Part shown: positions 1 through 12,000 of the stretch, piece after piece | Layout: each line of letters begins with the position of its first letter | How positions within the stretch are numbered: the first letter of the stretch is position 1 | Source: Candidatus Omnitrophota bacterium | Lineage (GTDB): Bacteria > Omnitrophota > Gorgyraeia > Zapsychrales > JANLHA01 | Length of the DNA stretch: 36,593 nucleotides | Direction of reading: 5' to 3' | Assembly: GCA_023143685.1 (NCBI GenBank) | Contig: JAGLHE010000084.1 | Coordinates: 1 to 36,593, forward strand | Notes under the pieces: model-generated | What the model saw: the letters and a program-made list of their open reading frames with translations, nothing else | What the model was told of the DNA's origin: nothing | The model's database searches: none | Program-made: the position numbers and the translations under genes

Positions 1-3000
1 TTTTCGCTTAGCCTTTTTAGAATTAAATTCTTCAGGGCCTAAAATACCCGCTGTTGGCCCAATAGAATTTAATTGCGTCGCCAGTTTATAATACGTCTCA
101 ATTATTCTATTAACCGCAACACGACTGTAACCTTCTGCTTGATTTTCACCTAAAAGTCTTGCTTTTTTAGCATAAGACAAGACTTCATCAATAGAGTCTG
201 CCAACACGACTAACTCCTCTAATGGTTTTTGAAAATCCCCTCTCTTTTCTCCATCTTTCAGCCAGTTATAAATTTCTCCATAAAACTTTTTGTCGTATAA
301 AATAACAGGCCCGCTCTTAAAAGGCTGTTTGTCCTTTATCACCACAACTTCAAACAATTCATCCAGTGTTCCAAACCCGCCCGGCATACAAATAAAGACT
401 TGGGATAATCGAATAAAGGCAAGCTTCCGAGGGAAGAAATATTTAAATGTAACCGGTATACTGATATACGGGTTGCCTGATTGCTCATTTGGCAACTTAA
501 TCAATAACCCAATGGATGGTGTGCCTTCCAGGAAAGCACCTTTATTCGCTGCTTCCATAATTCCAGGGCCGCCGCCGCTCACAATAGCAAAACCAACGCG
601 TGCAAGAGCCCTTGAGACTTCCACTGTTTTCTTGTAATAACGATGTCCTGGATCCGTGCGCGCAGAGCCAAAAACAGTAGCTGCCTGGCCTCCGGTTATA
701 CGAATCAACCGGTTCATCAACCTCATCTCGCGAAGAGATGATCGCATAAAACCATAACTCAATATCGGTGAAAACAGCCGCAAGTAACTTGCATTTTCAC
801 CTTCATCTGTGTTTATTTTCTTACTTCCGCTCTCAGATAATGGTTCAACGGTATTCCTGTCTAGGTCCAAATAATACATACTTGACCAACAATACTCATG
901 AAAACTTGCTTTAACTTTTTGCTTAAATTTTTCACGCACAAATTTTCTGCCAACAAACAAGATATTTCTTCCTTTCAAGCAGGCATAATGAATTTTCTCT
1001 TTTCCTTTAAGATCAGCATATCGAATATAGAAAATCGGCCTGACTCTCTGCCCTTTTTCAAGATGTTTAGCTTGTTCCTCGTCAAAAATCTGCACCGCTA
1101 TCTGGAAAATATTTTCTTGCAGTGTTTTTAATTGCACTTCCGAAATCTGATGACTTTCAAATGCTTTTATGAACGCAAACTCAAGTCGATACGCAATTTT
1201 TGTTAACCGTCTGATATTTTTAAACCGATAATGAGGAAAAGACAGAGCTAACATACTATAAGTAAACCCTCCCCACATCGGTAGAAGAACCCACAATGAA
1301 GACCAAGACCAAACACAATCAAACGAAATATGCGGATATTTTCGATATTGGAAATACGCTATTAAAGCTAGTCGCATAATTCCGCCCGTAAACCAAAACG
1401 GAATACTCGCGATCCCGCCTAACGCGGAATACCCGGCAATAACGCCGCCGCCGATTGTTATCACACATCCACTATATTTAATAATTTCAGAAGCGAATTT
1501 AATTTTAACGAAAGCCCATTTTAACTGATTATATGCATCGCGGCATTCTACAGAAACCGAGGCCTCATGCTTCGTAGCAAAGTTAAGAAGTTTTGTAATA
1601 TCTCGGTGAGAATAAAGACGTAACCGTTTCATCATCCGAACAGTCTTTCGGAATAATCGATAAATACGGAATTGAACAACTTCCAAATGGTTTAATATAG
1701 GGAAAGCAGAGCCTTTAGAAAGGAAAACAAGGACTGGTGCGGGATCAAAATTATCTTTTTCTGAAAGTATATAATATTGATTAAAGAATGCGCCTTTGCT
1801 GTACGTTAGCGGACCGGCACGCAAAAGGCCTGACTTAACAGCATTTTTTAAACGTTGATTTAACCTGTCAGCTTTCTTTTTGCGGAAAACAGAAGCATTA
1901 AAACTCTCAATATACTTAACAACAGGATGATTCTTTTGAATTTTTCTAAACTGTTCAATTTGCCCTGATGTAACTACATCCATAACTTCCTTTTGAGCCC
2001 GTTCTTCAGAAGCCCCCGGCTTTTTCCAAACAACAGCTTGATCATTCATCGCACTGTGCTTTACAGGCGAACTGCTTTTTGTCGGTTCAAAAACAGGGTT
2101 TGAGGAGTTTTCCTGGCTTTCCGCAAGAACCTGCCTGAAGATCCCTTGCGTTTTGCCGGCTGAGAAATCAACATGCTGTTCTTGTTGATACCGTCGAATT
2201 TCCATTTTTCTTAATGTTACATTATCTTTTCTGACCAAACCTCTTTCACGGGCAGCCGCAACCAATACTTTATAAAAAACTCGTTTAACTTTTTCGGGTA
2301 TAGCTTCTGACCTTGCCATCAATTCCGGGACAAACGAAACTATTGTTTCAAAAATTATTTTTCGTATAAATTCTCTGCTGCTAAAATCAAACTCTTCCAG
2401 GTTCTGAATACGGTCGGCAATCTTGATGATTTGCGCGGCAAACAGGATGCATTCTTTTATTTCCCTTTCATCCTGAGGCAACAACTGCTTAATCCATTTA
2501 GATTTCCCTGTTAACAATTGGTTCAAATACGCAAATTCCCGGACATGCCGATTAAAATAAAATCCCGGAGGAGCCTTGCTTAAAAGAAGAACCATATGAT
2601 ATATACAACTCCCGAATTCCTTTTGAATAACAAGAGGATCAATAAAGGTGTCTTCAACAACGTCGTGCAAGAGGGCTGCTAACAAAATATTAAAGGCCCG
2701 CATATTAAATCGTTCTAATAAAATTAACGCGACTTCAATAGGATGAACAATGTACGGCCTGCGGTCTTGCCTGTGCTCTCCCGCATAAGCTAAAACAACA
2801 AATCTCAATGCCTTTTTTAACCGTTCTTCTTCTTTCTTTGAAATATTGAAATTTTCTTTGATTTTTCTTATAAACTCATCAATTTTTTCTTTAATAATTC
2901 TCTTATCTTCCCGAACATCCTTAATAAACGATCCCAGGTTCATTTCAGCATCTAATTGTTTAGAACCTTTCGATACGATGACCGCGTTTACATACTCTAC

Positions 3001-6000
3001 AAGTTGTCCAATACTATCAATGTTCCACGTTGTGAGCGTATCTGTAATTCTATCCCTGTTAGCCGCGCGGTCTGCTAATTGAACTAACAGCAAGGAATGC
3101 AACAACCGTGGTGTAGAAATATCTTCTAAAAGCTGTCCAAAATTCTCAAAACTATATTCCCGATACATCATTTTAAATAAGCTGTCATGATGGCGAACAA
3201 GGACAACAACATCCTTAATATCTTGTTTACTATAACCAATCTTTTTCATTGTTCTTTTGGCAATACGGGCAGACTGTTCCGGGTGTTCCTTAATAGAATC
3301 TGTCTTCATCTTGCCTGCCTCATGAAAAAGGATAGCCAGCCTTACTAACCTCAAGTCAATTTCTTTGCTGTATTTGGAAAAAACGTTTTTCAAGGTATCC
3401 TGTATTTTTTTCCTCTCAAGAGAAACAGGCCTCTTCTTTACATCAACTAAAAGGACATCTTCCATTAAAAACTCCAGAGCCTTTAAAACATGGACCACTC
3501 TGGTATCCTGATATCCAGGGGTGAACGGGTCGACAAACCTTTTTAATTTTTTCCAAAACGGCAATAATTCTTCCCATTCACCACTTTGAAGAGCAGGCCC
3601 CATCTCTCTGCGCGTTGAAAGCACCTGATCTAATCGTTTCCATCCTGTTTTTTGAACTGGAGATGAACTGTTTTCTTCTTGAGATCCTGTGCTTCTTTTA
3701 AGCTTTACAATATCAACCTCTTGTTCTCCAAAATGTTTCCGTGCTTTGTGCTGAACCCTGTCCAACTTGTCTTCAATCTCATCTCTCTTCTCTAAGCGTT
3801 CCGGGGACATATCGCTCAAAAGTTCAAGAACATTATGGAACAGGGGTTGCCACGTCATAAGATTAAAATGCCTCAGCAACCATTTCATCTCTGCACAAAA
3901 ATCAAGAACATCATCAAACCTTATTTCTTCAAAAGATGCAAATCTTGACCTATCTTTATAGTCAATCCATTTAACACTCACGCCATCCCATCCGAACACA
4001 ACATTTCTTAATCCAACATCACCGTGAGCAACACCTTTTCCGTACAAGAAAGACAGCCCTTTAATCATCTGACTAATTATTTTTATAACAAAGACTTGTC
4101 TTAACGCGGGTACAGCAATCGCCATGTTATCGAATAAATCTTTCCCGCTAACCCCGTCAACATATTCAACTGTTTGATATTCCATAGCGCCTGGCACATC
4201 AGTTATGGCAATTTTATCAACACGCCATATCTGCGCGACATTTGGATGCTGTTCACCCTGAAGCATCTCCCTGAATTTTTCCGCCTCCTTATTGTTCAAC
4301 GATAAAGACCTTTTCGGAATTTTTAAAGCAACTATCTTCCGGTCAACGACATCATGTGCTTTATAAACATAAGCATTGCTGCCGCGGAAACTAATCGGAT
4401 CCTTGATCACAAGGCCCTTTTCAGCAAACATCAATCCTAATTTATAGGGAATAATATCGTCCATATAAACATTTTGATTTTGAACCATTTCAATTACCGG
4501 GCTGCTGGATTGTTCATTAAACAAGAATGTTTCTCTCTTGCCCAGGTCAACACCCATAATGACCATCTTGTCTTGAGGTAATTGCGAAATAATACGCCGT
4601 ACAATTTCATGAGACTTTCGCCCTTCATAAATAAGATTGTTTCGTTTTTTAGACAATAAAACCTGTATAGTCTTTAATAACTCGGGATGATAGCTGTATC
4701 TCTGGAAAACACTTCCTGCAAATCTACCACTCAATGTATCCCCTCTTATCCTCGATACAAACTTGCGGCCATGTTTTTTGCGAACAGCTTGTTGGATCAA
4801 TTTTGCCAAAGGTTCTTTTCCGCAGGATTCCGGGCCATCCAGAACAACGAGCAACCGCTGTCCGCTGTTTCCTGAAACAGCTAAATCTGATACAGACTGG
4901 ATAATTTCTTCCCACCATGAAGAATGTTGCGGCCGCCATTTCCAAACAATTTGTTTATTTCCGGAGAACCAAACCGGTGAAGAAGAGTTTTTGTGCTCTT
5001 TGGCAATATTTACAAACAAAGCCTGAGGATTCGTCCTCGGAAGATGAGCAAGATACGCCTCAACCAGATCGTGGTTTCTGTTTCGCAACGATGCTTCAAA
5101 AATCCGGGAAAGTATATTATTAACATCCCTGTCAATTACCCTTTTAAGATTTCCGTTTATTTTTGCGCCTAAAAATTTCTTTAATACCGGGACATTCACG
5201 GTTTTTGCCTCGTTACAAACAATACCGACATACTCTTCCCTCTTATGTTGAGGAAGAGCCATCCAGCTCTTTATCGTATAAACAATCGCCGAACCATGAG
5301 GCGTAATGTTGTCGCGTAATATTCCCTTAATTTTATTGTTATTCATAAGGTCCTGAACTGTCTTATGTAAATCAAATGTTTGAATTTTATACGGCGCCTT
5401 CTTTTGAAAACGCATAATTTCTTTTAAAAGCTTTTTCTTAGAAATATTCCTTTCCGCAAACCAATGGTATGACCTGAACACTTCCGTATAGGCACTTAAG
5501 AAATCAAGAAGCATAAATGTTTCGAGCAGCTGAAGAACCTTATATTTATTAACATAAATCTCTTTTGGTCCTTTTGAAACATACGGCAACTCTTTATAAA
5601 GCGGATCTGTAAAAATCAAAGATGGTGAATGGTGGTACCGCACAAGCAGCAACACGACTTTCGACTCTTTGACAATTCTTCTACGCATTAATTCCCCGAT
5701 TATTCTTATCGAATACTCTGGATGCACTCGGACAGAACCAATCTCTTCTGAGTTAAGCCTGCGCGGTGCATTAACAAGCACATTAATATCGGGGACAATC
5801 TTTCCTATATCATGAAGGGCGGCCGCTCTTTGAAGAATAAATTGTTCACCCACAGAATGCCCGAAAATACCCTGTGATGCCCGGGCTAATTTCACAACAA
5901 TATCAGCATGCATCCGCGTAGGCACTGCGACATCCGGATACAAATCAAGCAAGCCGTTACCTTTATTTTGATTCCTCAACTCACGGACTTTTTCAAACGG

Positions 6001-9000
6001 ACACAACTCAAAAAGAGCCCTGCCCCCACCATACTTTGGATCAATCGGTGAACTGCTGCTATCTCCGGCTATTTCCTTCATGCGATCCAGCCCTTTTTCA
6101 AGCCTGGAGATATTAGTTATATATTTAACCTGATAGACGATCTCGAGGTCTTCATCCGAAAGGTCAAAAACCAACCCTGACTCTTTAATTCTTTGTATTA
6201 ATGGCAAGATCTGATTGATTAAATCTTTATATTTGTGCCGCTCTGTTAATGTCATAGATTTAATATCTATTAAACCACGCGTATGTTCGTGATTTGCCAG
6301 ATGAAGCAACAATGAATCATAATCAAAGAAATGATTGTCCTCGTGAGCTCCTTCCGGCAACGGCTTGCCATCTTCCCGCGACCGATGAATTTCTTCAGCG
6401 CGCTTGAGGTACCACTCAATATCTTTTACCGGTGAAGAGGATTTGTTCGTTTCTTTTGGTTGTGGATACTTTTCTTTCAACGCGTTGAGAAGTTGTGAAT
6501 ATGCAGCAACCGCGATTGTTTCATCTTTCTTCCATAACACCCAAAGCGCGTTTTCTTTCCAGTACCGCAAGACATAATCTTTAAACATCTTGTCCTGATT
6601 CATCACAACCTTAAACGCGGCAACCGCGCGCTGTGGCGCTTCGCTGAATTGCGTCAGCCTTTCAAGCAATAAATATTTCTTTGACGAATCAAATTTAAAC
6701 AATCGCCAAATCTCGCGGAGAGCCAAATCATTTTCTTTCTCAACAGCGGCAACGTTTAAAATATTAATGATATACGCCTGTAGATATCGATCTTTACCTC
6801 GAGCAATCTTGCCAAGCAAATTAACAGCGTTTGGCCAGAAGGATTGATTCGCCTCTTCCTTTAAGAACCGGCTGATTTCATCATAGAATTCTCTTCGCTC
6901 TTGCGCCTTAGAATCCCCTTGCCACCATATTGGATCAGTCTTTTGCTTATAAACCTTTTCAAGCCCTAACCACGTTTCTTTTGCCTGTTGATATACGTTT
7001 TGTTCCACGTTAAGATTTTGTGGCAGGCGTTTTGTTTTTTGCAAAATCAAATCTTTTGCACTAACCTGAATTCGAACTCTCTCTCTTTTTTCACCACGCT
7101 TCACAAAAACTTCATAGGTTTGTTTTGATCGTCTGCCCACCAATTCCTTCCATAACAATTCTCTAAAGGCCCGTTTACCAAACTCGCTAAAATACATCCC
7201 GCGCAAATTCTTAAACGGCATATTTTCAAAATACTCTGCGGGCTTACCTATCAGTTGGCCTAACTGCCTGACCATTTTATCCCGACTGATCGACGCGGAA
7301 ATATCAACGTTATGGCCTGAAACAGGATCCATAAACAACTCATCAAAGGATTTACTAAACCACATGTGATTCAAATATGTGCTATCTGTCCTGACAAACT
7401 TAACATCAGCCTTAACCTCTGGTGTTTCTTCCGCGATCAATGACGCCTGCACGCGTGTAAGGCCACGCTCAACAATTTTACGTTCGAGGACCTCCTTGAT
7501 TCCTGCCGGAATTACTGCCGACCATTTATACTCTACTGGTGAACTGCTTATCTCCGACAACAATGGTATTGCTCTATCATTACCAGAACGTTTTGCCGCA
7601 AAGACCGATTTTAACAATGTTGTTTTATCGTGTGTCTCTTCTTTAATCCCTCTCTTCTTTGACACACCTCGTGCACCTAATCCACACACTCCTGACACCT
7701 CTGGCCTTAAGACTGTAGGCGCCAGGATATTACGCACTGTTACTTCTTTATTTTCAACATGTTCTTCGATCCTCACTTCGCTACGTCCTGCCAGAGGGCT
7801 TGAGGAAGCCCTGGCAGCGAATAATGCGTTGTCATGAACTCCTGAAGATACTCCGCTGTTATATCTTTGCTCAACTAAACTATCATTATTGTGTCCTCTA
7901 AAATCTATATTCCCGTCACTGACTTTAATGCTTTCATCTTTTGTGCCTAACGACCTGACATATTTCATAATGCCCTGATCTTGCGGTGTCTTTTTCCTTA
8001 CCCCTTCTCCTGATAATCGCGCACCCAATAAAATAAACGGTATTGCTGTTACCGGAACCGCGTCATTAGATAAAGGTGTTGTATGGACCGGCAAATTCTT
8101 CTCTATATCATTCCACATCTTGAGTAAATAAATCTTCCGCGAGATCGAAGCGTAATCAACCGGCCTTTCATAATCACTTAGTTCGTCAGCAATGGAAAGG
8201 ATAATCGCAGCCTGAGCAGCTTTGCTTGCCAAATACGCTGCCCAAACAGGGTCGCTTTCATTAACTACAGAAGAAGAGGAAACTACAAAAACAGAACCAA
8301 CCGGGTTCGCATTTAGTATTTCGTGTTTCGCATTTCGGTTAGGGAGTAGTTTTGTGTTAAGATCTCTCTCTTCGTTCGAGATGACATCTATAGGTGAGGC
8401 GCTTGGAACAATAATGTTCATCAACTCAAATAATTCTTTGAGAATATATACCAGGTGTTCCCATAGAGATTTTTCTTCAGTCAGGTCAGCAAGGGAAAGT
8501 TCAATAACTCTTTGTTTCTTAGGAATGATTCTATTGATCGGAACAAACTCTTTATCAACTGTATGAACCAGAATATTCGGATCAGAAGTATCAACCTTCG
8601 TACCTCGAACCTCGTACTTCGTACTTTCTACAATCGGACTGGATGCATTAGCCCCATTAGCAGGCAGGACAACCGTAAATTTTATTCCTTTATTATCTTC
8701 ACTCTTAACATCAATTGTTCCACCAAGATTTTCTACAGCTAATTTGGCGATATCAAGGCCAACCCAATCTTCATGTAATGCTTCAGGGAGCTGCTCACCC
8801 TCTGTCACTGGAAGATCAAAGATTTTATCTATAAACTTCGAATCAATGCCGACACTTGTATCTTCAACGGAGATAATAATATTTTGAGATTCTGCTTCCT
8901 CTTCTAAAGAAACAACCACATGCCCTTTCTCTGTAAAATTCAAGGCCTTTTCAATAATGGCCTGTAACCCTATCATAAGGAATATTAACTGTTTCTTTGT

Positions 9001-12000
9001 TACAGCTAAACCGGCCTGTTCAAAGCGAGTCTTTAATTTCAAACCTTTCGCCTTAAACTCTTTTGCTAATCCGAAAACAATTTCTCCAAGATTTTCAGAA
9101 AAATCAACGTTAATCACCGTGTCCTTTTTTCCTAACCCGTTAACAACTCCTGATAATGCCACAAAATCCTGAACCCTTGACAAAAGCATCTCAATCTTCG
9201 CGTAAAGTTTTAGTTTCTCCCCATATCTTGGAGATTTTAAACCAAAAGTAGTTACGCACGTGCCGCAAGATTTACTCAGCTCTTGAAGCTTCTGTGCTTG
9301 TCGCTTAATGTTTTCAATAGCCCGAAGAATATCCTTCTCTGACCTTTTCAAAGAATTAATTTCATCTTGCATATATTTTTCTAAAAAGAGTTTTTCTAAC
9401 GCGATCCTGCTGACATTCAAAATCCGTTCCCTCTCTTGTGTCTCTTTTCCTGCTTTCTTTAGCTCCCTGCCCGCCAGAGAAAAGACTTCGTCCACCGAAA
9501 CCCCTCCCATTATTCTTTGTGTTATCTCATAAATATTTTTCTTAACAGATAAATCCGCTGTTTCTTTTCTTGATACGACCTTTTGTAACCGGCTTACTTC
9601 TTTATCAACTTTTCGCGATAAGGATTCTTTGTCCTGTTTAAGGCTTAAACTAACTGTGTTTATTTGCCGCAAGGCTTCTTCTATATATTCCATCAGCCGG
9701 CCGGCAATCTCTTTCATTTGAAACAACACTACACACGCGCCGGTATCTTGTTCTTCTATATACTGGTGATACGCACCTATTAAATCAGCTAAAATTTTCT
9801 TAACAGAATACACCGTGTGGACCAGGAACCTGAGCTCTTGTGCATACCGAACGCGTTGTGCGTCAAGATAATCATTTGTTTCATTGCGCTGCAAAGCAAC
9901 CTCTGTCATTTTAATAAACGGCTCAAGAAGCGACTTGATAATATCTTGTTCATCGCTGGATAAAAGTTCCTTGTTGATAGGCCATCTATTCATCATTATG
10001 ACAAACCATTTATTCTCCTGGCTGTGGTTAGAAACCTGGCCTGTCATATAAAGGATGTCGTCGGGATTGTCATATTTACGACGATCTTCCGCGTATTTCT
10101 CAGGGACAACACGGTTTTCAGGGCCTAATGGCTTATCAGGGCTGTATTGTTTAGATATCCTTACTTTATAATAATCCCACCAGTTCTGAGAACCTTCGGG
10201 CAACACCCCGTCTTTGGTTAATTGATCAAAATTCATCAAACGCTCAATCTGCCATAAAATTTCTGTGTTAGTCATCGGAGCCCATTGCGGCCACAAGGAT
10301 CTTCCTTCTTGCTGGCGCATAACATTCTTTATCCGCAACGCGTCCTCTTTTTCTTGAACAACATAAACACTAAGGCTGGAAATTCCCATAACAAATTCCA
10401 GCGCGTTTTGCAGTCCAAGCAAGATTTCCTCCTGGCCAGTAGTACGCAAAAGATCTTCTGCCAAACCTTTTAAAGATTCAATATTCTCAAGGTCCCCTAT
10501 CCCTTTATACGAACCCATATCATTAAATAACCGGTCAATCTTTGATATTCGGGATTCCAGGGCCTCACCAATAGTAGTCCCCTGAATTTCTTGATTAAAC
10601 AATTTATCCACATCTTCAAGCTGCTTCAATTTAACATACAAACTTTTTACAGCCTTAAAGGTTGGAAGCATCGACTCTGCTGTTTCACGGTATAGCTGTT
10701 CTTTTAACATAGTTTTTTCAGTTAAACTATAAACAGCGTCCGTCTTATACCGGGCAATAATTTCCTCAAGATCTTTTTCCATCTTGTCAACAAAATCGGT
10801 CATTTCACCTAAAATGCCAAAACCGGAAAATACTGTTTCTTCCTGATTACCTTGCTGTTTCTTCTTTAATTTTTTAACCCCATTACGAATTACGCCTCCA
10901 AAAGTTATACTAATATTCCTGACACCATGACGGATATCCCAACTTTCTTTACGTACGACTAGCTGCCCAATTACTTCCCCTGCCCTGGCCTGAATTTCTT
11001 TTGAACGATCTCTCCACATAGGGTAAAGAAGATTTAATATTTCCGGAATATTATGTATCGCTGTCCCCATATCCTTATCCCAAATGCATGCCATATCATT
11101 TAAAAACATCAACCGCACTCTCCTGTAGCGGTGATAAATAAAGGATTCCAGGATATCCCTTGTCTGTTTTTTGGCAAGTTCTTCTTCTCTCTTGTCCTCC
11201 TGAGATTTCAGAGAATAGGAAACAACTTCCCGCAAAATTTCTCTTCGTTCTTCTTCTCCCACCTCAGGATGCAGGTAGCGGTCCTTTTTACCGCTCATCC
11301 ATTGCTCTCTTGATTCTCCCTTAAGATCAACTTTAATTTGCACAACGCCATTCTCCGACGCGTCTTTCGTAACATATTGCCCGTAATCTAATGCCTCTCC
11401 TTTAATATTAATGAACGGAGCGAATATAAATTTGCCGGGCTGCCGAGCATGAATTGTCATCTTAATCCGTGTATTTTGAGAACGCGTGAAGAACCTGTCA
11501 ATCCGTGTTGACGCGCCGTTGGCATAAACCCCATTGCCGTTTTCTTGAGCATAATAAATGTCACCTGCTTCTTTATATAACTTAACCACCTTTAATTGGC
11601 CAATCTCTGCCTTTACCGGAATTTCTTCTTTTATCTTTGTACCGTCAGATTGCGGCTTCTCAATTTCATACGCGTAATATCCTTCATTATTCGGATCCAG
11701 GATAGCTTCAGCAATTACAGAGTTTACTGGACGGTCAAATATTATGTCGAAATAACTTAGAACAGGATCTTTCCTATAAACCCACGGATATTCACTAGGC
11801 AGGAAGTTGCTTATATCCTTAATTCTATAAGGCACTATCGAGAGCAATTTCTTAACTGCAGCATCTTTTTCTGCTTCCTCTGTCTCTTGCTGCAATATCT
11901 CCCAAACAACAAATTCAACCATGTTCTCTTCAGCCTCTTTAATGTCCGCGAACTTTGCAGCCAGGGTAATCAAGTCTAAAGAAAATTCTCGTCGATCTTC

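Noticed and set aside
1400-1480. VITIGGGV as a dehydroquinate synthase / iron-ADH motif
   Set aside because: The following Asp and the PTT motif are absent and the context is hydrophobic, which fits a TM segment better.
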